64,000 nt of DNA from Eledone cirrhosa (Eukaryota). The DNA is taken from NCBI GenBank assembly GCA_964016885.1, contig OZ024740.1, positions 257,548,001 through 257,612,000 of the forward strand, read 5' to 3'. The notes beneath the pieces are model-generated. The model was not told where the DNA came from, did no database searches, and was given only the letters and a program-made list of their open reading frames with translations. Every line of letters begins with the position of its first letter. Positions within the stretch are counted from its first letter, which is position 1. Below are positions 11,754 to 29,400 of the stretch, in pieces. Made by a program: the position numbers and the translations under genes.

Positions 11754-13800
11754 TTGCATTTATCTTGCTTTATGTTCATACGAGTTATCACCAAGTCACA
11801 ACCAGTGACCTCAAGAGACAACAAGGTCCGCCATGTTCAAGAAAAAACATACATATTCACACATGCATCCTTAGTGTTTAGACTTGTGATGTACTTATAT
11901 TGACAGGATCTTCCTTAGTATATGGGCAGTTCCCATTAGTACTATCTTTTGTATTTCTCCTATACGCGGGTTTCCTGGGATTTGCGATAAGTAGTCGTTA
12001 GACCCCTTAGGTATCATTCCCAGAGCGCCTACAACCACTGGTATTGTTTTAGTTCTCAATTTCCACATTTTTCCAATTTCTATCTCCAGGTCCTTATACT
12101 TGCTCAATTTTTAAAATGTTTTTATAGATACATTCTTGTCTATTGGAACAGACATATCAATTAGCAGGCATACCCTCCTTTGAAAGTCCTTCAATATTAT
12201 ATCAGGTCTATTTGCATCTATTTTTCGGTCTGTTTGGATGCTAAAGTTCCATAAGATTGAGATGTGATCTTTTTCAAGTATGGGAGGTGGTTGATGCTCC
12301 CACCAATTCTTTTGATGGGGCAGGTCAAAATGCTTACACATTATCCAATGTATGTATTGTGCAGCTGTGTCATGCCTGTTTAGGTATTCGGTTGGAGCTA
12401 TAGGACTGCACATTGAAATTATATGGTCAATGGTCTCTGGTTGTTTTTTGCATACACGGCATAATGGGCTGCACCCATTTTTTATTATGTTGGCTTGGTA
12501 AATTTTTGTTGGCAGACACTGATCTTGTGCCGATATAATCAGTCCTTCAGTCTCCGATTTCAGTCCAGAGAATGCCAACCACTGATGGGTTAAAGTTTTG
12601 TCAACATCAGGATTGTTAGCTCGCTCTGGGTATTTTCCATACAGAGGCTTTTCTTGCCATTTCTTAGCCAGTTTCTGTAGCAGTTCTTTCTTTGCAGTTA
12701 CTTTTACCTGCTTTGCTTTTTCTGTGTTTTCCATTTCAGCAGTAAATGGGACTTCTGAAATTTGTAGTCCATTACTGTATCTTTGTGCATCTTTTGTAAT
12801 GGAATATGATCTTTTGGTGCTTTCGTGTTTCAAAACGAGTTTGATCATCCAATCATGTGATTCCCTTAGATATGTGGATAATCCAATTGTTGCAGTTTCC
12901 AACACAATGTCTAACTGGATTAACCCACGTCCTCCTTCTTTCCTAGGGAGATATATTCTATCTATGTCTGCCTTAGGGTGATGCATTCTGTGCATGGTTA
13001 AGAATTTTCGGATTTTTGTATCGAGCCTACGGATCTCTGTGCTTGACCAGTTGATGACATTGTAACTGTAGGTTACTACTGGTATGGCAAGCGTGTTTAT
13101 GGCATCGATCCTATTCCTTGCATTCAATTCCGTTCTTAAGATTGCTCTGACTCTGCGGTAACATTCCTTCCTTATGCTTTCCCTCATTGTCGAGTGCTTG
13201 ATGCCGTCTCCTTCACAAACACCTAGATATTTGTAAGTTTTTTCTTGATCAAGCTCTCTTATCACGTTCCCCCGATCAAGATTAATGTCTGAACTCTTCA
13301 GCAGCTTTCCCCTGGTGAACGTTGCTTTGGCGCATTTATCCAGTCCAAACTACATTTTAATGTCATCACTGAACTGCTTCACAGTGGATAATAGCCCTTG
13401 CAATTGTTCATCATTTTTGCAAATAGTTTCAGGTCATCCATGTAGAACAGGTGATTAATGGTTTTGTCATAGACTCTATATCCATGTTTTGTTTCATTGA
13501 GCATTTTACTTAATGGTATAAGTGCGATGCAGAATAGAAGCGGTGATAAAGAGTCACCCTGAAAAATTCCACAATTAATATTAACTTCTCCAGCTTCCAG
13601 TGATTTTGTTTCACTATTCAAAAGGAGTGTCGTTTTCCATGTCTTCATACTGAATGACAAAAACCTCCTGACAACGGGGGATATTTTGAAAATCTCTAAA
13701 CATTTTTCAATCCAACTGTGTGGCAAACTATCGAATGCTTTTTTATAATCTATCCAAGCAATCGATGGATTTTTGTGTCTATTATGACAATCTTCCAGTA
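11754..13800 (-). mobile_element. R4/Dong-like RLE retrotransposon family B (distinct from A), 5'-truncated and pseudogenised
   Basis: WIDYKKAFDS, GIFQGDSLSP, FYMDDLK, CRVC..ETIDHIISMC, RHD, RPDIILKD, KYKDL; frameshift near 13410 and in-frame stop at 12108-12110; its own 3' UTR at 11754-11894. Confidence 0.9.
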
Positions 13801-13817
13801 TTATTATTGTTGTTATT

Positions 13818-16800
13818 CCTTGAATCTCAGTCATTGATGTTGGTTAACTGGAAAGTCCGTTGGATTGAATATCAATCCACTACCTGCAGCCTCATATATT
13901 CAGGACGTATCGGAGGGTTCTTGCTGTTCCAAGCAAGCATGCCTTTTGAAGCGTTCCAAAAAGCGTGAAGGGGCCGATTTTCTTTAACCATCCCTGGAAA
14001 CTTTTGGAGATAGTCCCCAGTGCGCCTATGACAATCGGGATCACTTTGACTTCATGGCAGTTCCAAATCCTTTTCACCTCCCACTTTAGGGCCTGGTATC
14101 GGTTAATATTCTCCCTCTCCTTCTCTTGCACTCTCGTGTCGAACGGGCAGGCCACATCCACAATCAGACACGATCTTTTTTCTTTGTCCACAACCACCAG
14201 GTCAGGTCTATTGTGTTCCAGTTTTTTGTCCGTCTGTATACTAAAATCCCACAGCACCTTCACCTGATTGTTCTCCATCACCGCCTCTCGCCTATGCTCA
14301 TACCATTTCTCAGAATGTGGTAAATTGTTTACTTTGCACAGGTGCCAGTGGATCACTCTGCCCATCACATCATGTCTCCAGCCATTATAGTGGGTCTGGG
14401 CTAGGTGTTTACACTCGGACACAATGTGAGCCACAGTCTCCTCTCTCTCTCCACAGATCCTGCACAGTGGGCTAGCCTCCTCCTTGTAAATATGGTGCTT
14501 CAACCACTTCGTTTTGAGGGCCTGCTCCTGCGCAGCCATTAACATTCCCTCTGTAGCCTTTTTGAGGTCTCCTCTTCTCAACCAGTTCCATGTCTGTGGA
14601 TCTCTAAATTCAGTTTTCTCAAAGAAGGTACTATGAAGGGATTTTCCCTTAAGGCTGCTCTTCCTCCTTGATGTTATTTCCTCCTTGGACATCCCCTGGC
14701 CTACTGTCCCCTCCTTCAGTACAGCTCTGAGCATTGGCTCCTTACTATAGGTCACGTATTTGTATAGGTTGTTTTTCTCCATCTGAACACAGTCCTCTAT
14801 GCTGATAAGACCTCTTCCACCCTCAGATCTCCTTAGGTAGAGTCTATCGACATCACTCCTCTTGTGGAACATGTTGTAGATAGTCAATAACTTCCTAGTC
14901 TTCCTATCCATTTCTTTTTGTTCAGCAACATTCCATCTCAGAATTCCCGCACTGTACCTAATAATAGACACAGCTCGGGAATTTACTGCGCTTATGGCAT
15001 TTCTGCTGTTCAGATGTGACTTCAATACGCTCCTTACTCTCCGAATGTATTCAGTTCTTAACAATTCCTTCATTTTTTTGTTCTTTATGCCATCAGCCTC
15101 CAGAACGCCCAAATACTTGTATCCTTCCTCAGAGTCAATTTCCTTTATCATCTCACCTGTTGGTATCTGGATCCCGTTACTTCTGCTCAACCTACCCCTC
15201 CTCATAACAATGACTCCACATTTACCAATACCAAACTGCATACATATATCACTGCTGAAAATACGGACAGTGTCAACAAGCACATCCAACTCCTTCTCAC
15301 TTTTCCCGAAGAGCTTAAGATCGTCCATGAAGAGGAGGTGATTGATGGTAAGCTCTCCCCTTCCCAACTTGTATCCTGCTCTCACTTTTCGCAGCATAAT
15401 GGTCAAGGGCATCAGGGCAAGGACAAACAACAGAGGGGACAGGCTATCTCCCTGGAAGATACCTCTCTTGATCTTCACGCTTCCCAAGGATACTCCAGTT
15501 GATGTCAACTCTGTCTCCCAGGACCCCATACTCCTGCCCAGCAACTGTCTGATGTTATCTGCCACCCTGAAGATCTCCAGGCTTTTGGCGATCCAAGAAT
15601 GAGGCACCATGTCAAATGCCTTTCTGTAGTCTATCCATCCCATGGCAAGATCAGTGTGTCTCCTCCTGCAATTCCCCATTACCATCTTATCAATAAGTAA
15701 CTGGTCCTTTGTACCACGTGACTTCTTTCGGCATCCTTTCTGTTCGTCCGGTAACAAGTTGTTTGTGTGGAGGTGATGGTAGATTTCCTCAGACACAATG
15801 CTCGTCAACAGTTTCCACATTACGGACAGACATGTGATAGGTCTATAGTTGGTAACATCATTACCCTTGATTCGGTCTTTCATTATCAGAACTGTGGTAC
15901 CTTTTGTCAACCACTCTGGCACCTCACCCGACACCAAGCAGTCATTGAACATGGCCGTCAGCTTCGGGTGGAGGGATGTTAAATGTTTAATCCAATACCC
16001 CTGCACACCATCTGGGCCTGGTGATTTCCAGTTGGTTAGTTTTTTGGCCTGCCCCTTAAGAGTTTCAACTGTGATACTCAAATCAGTCTGTTGATGTGCC
16101 TGCTCACCGATCTCCCTCTGTACTGTCTCAATCCACCCTGCCTGGACATTATGTCTAACATCCTGCTCCCATATTCCTCTCCAGAATGTTTTAGTTTGCT
16201 CCGCCCCAGGGATCAAGTCGTTGCCTCTTTCTTTCCCCTCAAGCTGTCCAAACACCATCTTCTGGTTGTTGTCGAACATGCGGTTCTGTTTATACTGACT
16301 GACTCTGTTCTCGTATCGCCTGATTTTTGCACTCTTTGCTACAATGCGTTGCTTCAGTTCCTCTATGATAATATTTAGCTTTTTCCTCCTAGTTTAGTTT
16401 TGTATTTTATTTCCAGTCTATTTTTAGTGCCTATGTTTTTTAGTGTCCCATTCAGTAGTGACTCAAGCTTTCCTATGTCATTTCTCATTTCCCCGATTTG
16501 CCCACTCAGTCGCTTCTTCCACCATGGCTCTGCTCTTTCTTGTCTGTTGTTTCCTCTCGCTTTTATACCAAGTAGTTTCCTCACCGTATTTGCTGTTGCT
16601 TTGAGGATATTGTTGCACTGGTGAAGGCTCCTCGCCTCAAGGTATGGGATGACTTTGTTTACCTTAGCTGTTGTTTCTTTTAACTTTTTCCTGTCTACAA
16701 ATCTTAGGTTCATAGGTCTCCCACTATCATTGTTCAATTCATCTACCACTAAATTTAGGATGTCAACCGAATCTTGTCCTAGCCCGTCAGCATTCATCTC

Positions 16801-17451
16801 CTCAGTGGCCGTATCTCTGTTCCAGGTATTATTTATCTCAGTATTCAGATCATTGTCTGCTGCGGGTGGTTCCTCCGTTCTCAGGACCTCTTCACCTTCA
16901 TTTCCCACTGGCTCGCTTGTCTGGCATACTACACCCGCCATCTCCAAGCCATTCTCTCTGCTCAGTGCCTCCAGTTCCAGCTCGCTTATCCACCCATTAG
17001 TTCTTATTACCCGAGCCTGCCCGGCCAATTTTTGTTCATCTAATTTAAATAAACCAATCTCGTTCCAGATGTTATGCATCCGTCTCCTGTAGCCCCTCTC
17101 CTTGGGGTTACTTTTCAGGTAACATTGCATAACAGTTCTATTCAATTCTTTCGTCCAGTTGGTTCTGGCCCCTTTCCTTCTTCTCCTTCCTCCAACATCA
17201 GCAGTATTTGGTTGACAGTCAGGTTCCTGCTGCTGAGCCAGGGGGCACCTGTTGGGTGAGAGTCTGTCACATGACGTTCTAGTCTCCATTTCACCGTTAT
17301 TCGAACTGTTTATGTTCGATATTTAAACACTCTTATCGAGGATTGGCGAATGTATGGTTACATAGCCATCTGTGGATCCGCCATTCCACTTGGCCCTTGT
17401 TTGGCATTATCACCACGCTGTATACGAACACACATAATCAAACAAACACAC
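13818..17451 (-). mobile_element. R4/Dong-like family A, full-length copy A2
   Basis: 5' UTR 17290-17451, ATG at 17289, ORF to 13892, 3' UTR; bounded by (TAA)n at both ends. Confidence 0.92.
13892..17289 (-). pseudogene. RT-RLE polyprotein of copy A2, split by one frameshift
   Basis: ORFs 16375-17289 and 13892-16279 are separated by a short tagtt duplication near 16390 that is absent from A3; SPGPDG, FMDD, CCHC and PD..D motifs are intact. Confidence 0.9.
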
Positions 17452-17516
<65 letters not shown>

Positions 17517-17528
17517 GTTATTGTTATT

Positions 17529-21633
<4,105 letters not shown>

Positions 21634-21636
21634 TAC

Positions 21637-21667
<31 letters not shown>

Positions 21668-24600
21668 GGCGACCTACGTAGGAAATCGTATTATCGTGAG
21701 CTCCGCAAAGGTTTGTTTTTTTCGGTTGTTTCTAATTGCCATTTATGGAACCTTTTTGTTGTTAAGTTTTTATAAGTTCACATATATTGCTTTCGGAAAA
21801 GGTCACTCAAAAAGATTGGGGCCTTGAGCCCAAAATTTAATCTTTTATAATTATCAGACAACAAATGTCTTTGAAAAAAATCATGGATGACTCACAGCCA
21901 CACCAAGCTGACAGCCTTCTTCACAAACTAACACCTCACACCAGCACCACCATAATAAATATTACCACGTTTGCCAACATTAAAAATATAAGCAGTAGCA
22001 ATAATTTAAATATATCTCATGCAGACATTCATTTCCCGCCATTACCAAAAACTGCAGGTGTTAAAGCCGCCAAACCCACCACCACCACAGCGACAACAGA
22101 CACAAAAGAAAAAATAAATTATTATCTCTTGACATCGAAATGGATTCACCCAGAATCGACTCTACCACACCGAACACCACTGACGCCACCACCACCACAA
22201 CTGAAACTAAAAATAACAATAACAAAAATTCCAATAACAATAACAGCAACAACAACAATGAGAATAACAACAAAAACATCAACACCACCGCAAATGTGTC
22301 GTTTGCTAAAGCGGCCAAGAAATGCGAAACAATCGAGGTAACTCAGGAAAAATTAAATGAAGCCAAGAGAATGGTAAAGAAAGATGGGTACAGAGTCAGT
22401 CCCCCCTCCCCCACACCTAATAAAATGGACCATCGGTGCCTATGCACCGTGTCTTATCGGACGATTAACACAAAATCGCGTCGAGTGGAACGGGCATCCG
22501 AGTCCCAAATCCAAAAAGCTTTGGGACATGTGTGGACGAAAAAAACCCACATCAGACGTGGGCAGAAATATAGAACCGTGGACGTGTTCTTTGGAACACC
22601 ACAGGAGGCCAGAGAACACTCCATGGCCCCATTAAGAAGCGACGACTTCATACTCGTCCCAAGCTAATGTGGCCAAAAACTCGTGAAGATCAGGGTGACC
22701 CACGTTCCACCGGCTATCAAAATTCCCTGGCTAATGGCTGCCGTCCTCGCCGGCATCGAGGCCAACACCAAAATAATTGAAATATCAAAAGAAAAGCAGG
22801 AGAACTGGTTCGGATCTGGGACGGAGTTCCTGATCCAAGCGGACCAAAAAAGCATTGAGGATATCTCAGAGGTAATAGACCTCACCGTAATCGTCGAGGG
22901 CAGAAGGCCTAGGTGTGACGTTTGTGGTGAAGGAACCCACCTAAAGGCTTTCTGCCCTCAGGCTAAAAAGTTTAGGCCACCTCTCTTACCCACCCCAGTG
23001 ACTCAAACATCAACACCACCAGCAGCATAAAGGGGAGCATCAACTGTAGGAGCAACAACAGAAGCAACTGTAGCAGCAAGAACCCCAGCAACAGTAGCAA
23101 AACCAACACCACCACTACCACCCACTGCGACAGAATGAGCACCAGCGCCTCCACCATCCACCACGCCACAATCAAAACCAACGTCTGTGGAGGATTCTCG
23201 ACTCCCCGACCTATCGCAACTGGAGATAGATTGTGACGACGAGGAGTGGGAAACTCTATCAGGAAAAAAGAAAAAAAGAAAAAGAAGCCCCCCCCCCCCA
23301 ACAAAAATACACTTCCTTCCCCCTCCAAAAACAAAATACAGAGGGAAACAAATAAACTATCAAACAAAAAAGATAGGACAGCTATGCCACCATCCACACC
23401 AGCATCACTACCCCATCACCACAAACACCAACACCATCACCTTCATTAACCCCAACACCACCATCACCAACACCACAAAAGTCACCAAAAAGCGAAATAG
23501 AAACAAACCCACAACAAACGCAAACAAAACAAAACAACCAAAACGATACACACTACACATCATTAAATTTGAACAACAATAAAGTACCAGTAATGTACTG
23601 GGTAATTTTCTGGCCTTGTGCCAATAGTAGAAACAATTAAATTTGAACAACAACAAATCCCGCCGTGGTTAACTTTGACTATCATCCTTAAGGGGTCGAT
23701 AAAATAAAGTACCAGTAATGCACTGGTTAATTTACTGGCCTTGTGCCAAAAGTAGAATCAATTAAATTTGAACAACAACCAATTATTACACTAAATCCAG
23801 CACAACACCAGGATAAGAGAAAAAGAGTACAAAACACCCAAAATTTCACACCACCTCCACACATACAAATCACTCGCATCACATAGAAAACGTACACGAC
23901 ACTAAAACAAAGATTCCCCAAAGACATCGGAAACTTCCGACAAGCACTCTCCAGGAGGATTTATAAGGACATCCTTCCGGAGGAGGCCACAAGCAGTGAA
24001 AAAGATGGAGAAACCATCCTTCCTCTACCAGAAGTAAGGTAAGTCGTCTTTCCCATCTTTTCCACCCCATTTCAACATGACCTCACTCAGAATAGGCAGC
24101 ATAAATGCACGTGTCATGGGGTCGTCATGGAAGCAGGGCCACCTGCTCAACGACCTCAGGTCACTAAACATAGATGTAGTGGCGATCAGCGAGACCAGAA
24201 TCTCCGAAGCACGGGCCTTCGCACCGATCTTCGGCGGCTACGATGTGTACGCATCTCCCAGCCGCCCTGGATCGGGGGGAGGAGTTGCTGTGCTTTTTCG
24301 GAGAGGTTTGGATCTCGCCATACGGGCCATCTTCCTGGACCCAGAAGGTAAGTTGGTGGTGCTGGACGTGACCAGTGGAGAGGGGCATGCTTTCAGGCTA
24401 GTGGCCGTCTATACCCCAACAGGAGCAGGGCGGCCTGATTTCTTCCGGCGTCTGGAGACCTTTCTTGGAACGTACTGTTCTTTAGTGTTAGAGGGCGATT
24501 GGAACGGGATCTTAGATGCATGCTGGGACTGTGTGGGATTAGGGAGGAGGGTGCAAGAGCCTCACCAACCTGTTCATGCGTTTTGAACTGTCTGACAGGT

Positions 24601-26443
24601 ACCGATTATATTTCCCGAATGTTCCAATGTGGACTTGGACAAACCGTATCGGGTCATCCAGATCATACCTAGATAGAGTATTTCGTAGGGAAATAGATGG
24701 GTCTAGCATAGGCTGTCCATAATTCAAGATAGTTAGCTACACGGACCACAAATTCGTTATCTGTGTGCTTGACTTAGATAGGCTTTATAGACGAGGAACC
24801 TGCTACTGGAAGCTCAACGCGTCCTTACCAGCGCGCAAGGCCTACAGATACTGGATTAGCGAACTAGTTAGGTGGGCGTTGACGTGGGCCATCGTCAACA
24901 ACTGGTGGTTTGCTCTGAAAAGAGCGATTAGAATAGAGTCCATTAGGTTTAGTAAGGCTTTAGCTATAGAGAAAAATAGAGCAGAGGGAGAATTTGTTAG
25001 AAAATTAGACGAGGCGCTTAGCAAAGGCATCGCGACCGACGTACTTGCGGCGAAATTGGCCCTTGTCTAATTCTTCAATGCAAAACACGAAAGCTACATT
25101 GTCGGAACTAGGGTGCGTGCTCTCAGACACGAGGGGACGAAAGCCGTTCAATGGGCCCGAGTGGCGGAGGCGCGTCGTGGCAACAAAGCCACGATCCAGT
25201 CTTTGGTGGACCACGACGGGCGCATGCTACTCGATCCCGGGAAAATGTGTGAAGCTTTTCAGCGACACTCCCCTCAGCTGTTCGGAGGCAGCGGCGGGCC
25301 GGATGGATTCAGTGTCCACCTCGACGGACGGTCGCGGCTCTCAGCCACTGAAGCGGAGTGTTGCGAAAAGCCGATAACAGCCGCCGAAGTACGGGTTCAA
25401 TGACTGGCTACACACGGGGTAAATCGCCTGGTTTGGATGGTCTGCCCTATGAACTTTACGTACAAATGCCAGACTTGTTCGGAGGCTTCTTGGCGGACGT
25501 CCACTGCAACTGGCAAAAGAACGGGAGAATTCCCAGCTCTGTGAGCCGAGGAGCGGTGGCGCTGCTGAGAAAGGATCCGAAGGGGGATAACATAGATGAT
25601 TTCAGGCCCATAACTCTGCTAAACACAGAGTTCAAGATTTTGGCCAAGGTGCTAGCAAAGAGGTTGGCGCTTGTCGTTGCTGGTCTGGTGGGAGAGGCGC
25701 AGACATGCGCCATTCCCGAAAGATCCACCCACGACAACCTCCTCCTCATGCGATACGTTGTAGCTAGAGAGTAGCTAGGGAACCTGGCACGGGTGGGTTC
25801 TTGATCAATTTAAATCAGTCGAAAGCTTTCGTTAGGGTCGACCATTGTAACCTAGCGTCAGTCCTGACGGAAGCTGGCTTTGGGCCCGTCTTCAGAGGCT
25901 GGATCGCTGCCATGCACAGCGACATGTGCTCTGTGGTGAGAGTGAACGGTCACCTTTCGGAACCGTTCAACGTCCTGCACATACTCGTCCAATGTACGAA
26001 CATTGCTGACTTGTGGGTTTATGTCGAACACCTGCTGTCGCGTGTAGGACGGATCCAGCTATCAACTGAGTCCATCGTGAGGATTGCCCCGCCTTCTTCC
26101 TTTAGCCGGAAAGGGCAGGAAGTTTTTATCTGGCTGGTGGCCATGGCGAAAGAGATAATATGGTGGACACGTTTGTAAGAGCTGAAGACGAGCACTTACC
26201 TCTTCGGTGATGCCCTGATTGACTTTTTCAAATTTCATTTGAAAAGGAAAATCAGGGAAGTGCTCTCTTCCCAGCATTTTGTTGAAAAATGGGTGAGAGA
26301 GGCAAGTATAGCCCGAGTGGATGAGCCTACTCTGAGTATGTGTCTGTAAATTAAAGGTGGAAAACTGGGAGAGGGCACTTGCCCTGGTGGTCAGGGTCAC
26401 TGTCGTCTTTTAATGGGCTTTCTCCACAAATGACCCTCGGAAG
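21668..26443 (+). mobile_element. Tx1-clade LINE T2: ORF1 (CCHC knuckle) + ORF2 (APE-RT), decayed, internal deletion, 3' end lost
   Basis: Starts ggcgacctacgt directly after (ATT)n; ORF1 CDVCGEGTHLKAFC; ORF2 from 24077 with SINAR, ISETR, GDWN, SYLDRV, TDHK, SPGLDGLPYE, FRPITLLN. Confidence 0.9.
23562..23778 (+). mobile_element. Two 5'-truncated SINEs inserted in Tx1 ORF1 with a triplicated 18-bp TSD
   Basis: attaaatttgaacaacaa at 23562-23579, 23636-23653 and 23761-23778; single copy (empty site) at 49465-49482 in the sister Tx1. Confidence 0.88.
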
Positions 26444-29400
26444 GGGACAAATTCAAGGGGGCGGGAGTTTACATAAAGGAACGAGTAAAACACAAATAAC
26501 AAATATAAAATTAACAATTCAGTCCTAAATAGAGAGGAGGCGCTTTAGGGGTTACACACACCCCCGAAAAAGTGTGCAACCCTTTTCCTTAGGAGCACAG
26601 AGAGGGGGTGCTCCTTTGAACTTCCACCTTTCCACCTACAGGCTGATAAAGAGAGAAGGCCCATTCACACGGGCCATTCTCGCTACTTTCACCCACCTTT
26701 CATAAAACTTGCTGGGGTAGAGCACCTCTCTCTCCATTCTGATCCTTCTCTTAAAATGGTATTTAAAGAAAAGAGCCTGTTGTTGCCCGGAGAGAAAGGT
26801 GTCCGACCTCAGCCCTTTCAAACGTGTCCACCATACCACCTCTTTCACCATGGCTATTACACAGAGGAAGACCGCCTCTCCTTCATTTTTGAAGGGGGGA
26901 GGCGGCTTGATCGTTACAATGGACTCAGTGGTCAACCGGATTGGTCCCACCCGTGACAGCAGTCGTTCGACATAGCCCGCACAGATCGGCAACGCCCGAG
27001 CAGTGCACCAGTGCGTGCGCAACGGTTTCCTCGTCGCGCACACATCTGGGACAGATCTTTTTTGAGGGGTCCCTACCCGGGTGCCCGTGTCTGTAGCGCT
27101 TTTCTCGAACGGGAAGCGCCCCTCGTTAGCACTGCCAAACCAGGGACCTCTGGAAGTTGTCCATAGGTCCCGGGCCAAATGTCCTCCCCAATAGGCTGGC
27201 CAGTTCGTCTTCTTCCATGCCTAGGGCTTGTCCAAGGGCGTCGTCGCACCTACTAACCACCAGCCATCTATAGAATGACGAGGTGGAGTTTCCACCGATA
27301 GCCGGGTCCGCCTGCCAGAGAGCCGTGAGCGCCTGGGCACACTCAGTGTGCCAGGCACCCAGTTTTCTCGGTCTTTGCTTGACCTAGGACTGCAGCTCGG
27401 TGAGCCTCACGAGTCTCCGAAAGGCAGGCCTCACAAACGGGGTCCACACTCATTGACCGATGAGGAATACCTGGAGGTGCCGTAGCCTTAATGCGTGCTT
27501 ACGCATCAGCAGCCACAGCATCCCCAGCCCTTCTTTCGAAGGGTGTTGACAGCAGATGGATCTCCTCACCAAAGGAGCCCGCTTCTTCCAAAGGAATTGT
27601 TAGAGTGCGCGCTCCATTTCGGTGAGCGTTTCCCCTGGGCAAGGCACGACGGTCAGGCGGTAGTAGATGATGGAGCTATATAAGCGTTCGCCATCTCCGC
27701 CCGACCTTTCATGGATAGTTTGCACTCAGCCCACTTCTGCGTCAGAGCAAACACCTTGCTCGATACCTCACCCCAGTTCTTCTTCACCTGGAGGTCTGGC
27801 CCGAACCAGACCCCGAGCAACTTCACCGGGCTTTCCGTCCAACGTCCGACGACGCCGTTGGAGGCCATCGGTTTGCCACTCCACTCGCCGAGTTGCAAAC
27901 CGACTGACTTATCCCGGTTCAGCTTAGCCCCTGTAAACGTTTCGTATTCCTCCAGTAAGGTGCCGATGACCCCGATTTCCGAGGCGTTTGACACTATTAC
28001 TGTCACGTCATCGGCGTAGGCCGACACCGCCTTTCGCAATCCCGGTTCCAAAGGGATACCCTGTAACAACTCCAACTTTCGCAGCAGTGGCTCTAGGGCC
28101 AATACATACAGAAGGGAGGAGAGAGGGCATCCCTGTCGGATGGACCGCTTGATTCGAACGGCTCCGAGAGGTAGCCGTTCACCTTGACCCTAGAGCAGAT
28201 GCTGCTGCTGTGCATGGCAGTGATCCAGCCCCTGAAAATGGGTCCGAAACCTGCCGCCGCTAGCACTGCATCCAGGTAACGATGATCGACCCTATCGGAG
28301 ACCTTCGATTGATCCAAGTTGATCAGGGCCCCACCAAATCCGGGTTCGTTCCCAACCCTCTCTATGATGTATCGCATGAGATGGAGGTTGTCGTGAATGG
28401 ACCTGGACGGGATTGCGCATGTCCGCACTTCTCCCACCAGGTTTCCGACGACAAGCGCCAACTTCTTCGCTAACACCTTGGCCAAAATCTTTAACTCTGT
28501 ATTTAGCAGAGTTATGGGCCTGAAGTTACTTATGTCATCCCCCTTGTTCTCGTCCTTCCTCACCAGCGTAACTACACCCTTTGTCACAGAACAGGGAATC
28601 CTCCCGTTCTGTTGCCAGTTGCAGTAGACCGCCTCGAGGAGATCGAAGAACAAGTCCGGCATACTTAAATAGGGTTCGTATGGAAGACCATCGAGGCCCA
28701 GAGATTTGCGTGTGCCGCATTGTCTCAGCACGACCCCTATTTCAGCAGCTGAGATCGGCCTCTCGCAGGACTTCGCCTCCTCGTCCGAAAGACGCGGCAG
28801 GCCGTCGAGGTATGGACCGAGGTCCACATCCCCATCCGGCCCCTCGCCCCTTCCGAACAATCGAGCACATATTCTTAGGTTCAAGGATCACCCGTCCATC
28901 CTGGTCTCGCAAAGACCGGATAGTGGATCTAATCCCACTTTTGGCTTCTGTCACGCGGGCCCAGCTAACAGCTTTGGTCCCCTCGTTTCCCAGAGCACGT
29001 ATTGTGCTTCGGACAAAGCAGCCTTCGTGTTTCGCGTCGAAGAACTGTCCCAAGGCCGTTCTCGACGCTAGCACTCTGGCTACGTCGCCGCTTCTAATTG
29101 CCTCTTCTACACTATCTACGAATTCCCTTTCCTTCCTATTTCTATCTGAGGCTAACTCCTTACTAACTCCTATTGGAGCTACTCTAATCTCTCTTTTGAG
29201 AGAGCCCCACCACCTGCTGTTGACGATGGCGCCCGTCAACCACTCCTTAACTAAAGTACTAATCCGGTCCCTGTAAGCTTTACTTGCCGGTAAGGACAAG
29301 TTGAGCTTCCAGTAACCGGGTCCCTGTCTATGCGTTCTATCAAGGTTGACCATGGAGGTCACTAACTTGTGGTCTGAATAGCCAACCCTGACCATTTTTG

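Noticed and set aside
17290-17360. HDV-like ribozyme suggested by TCCTCG and the ttcgcc/ggtgaa pairing
   Set aside because: P3, P1 and the P1.1 GG could not be assigned consistently; kept only as an unclassified structure.
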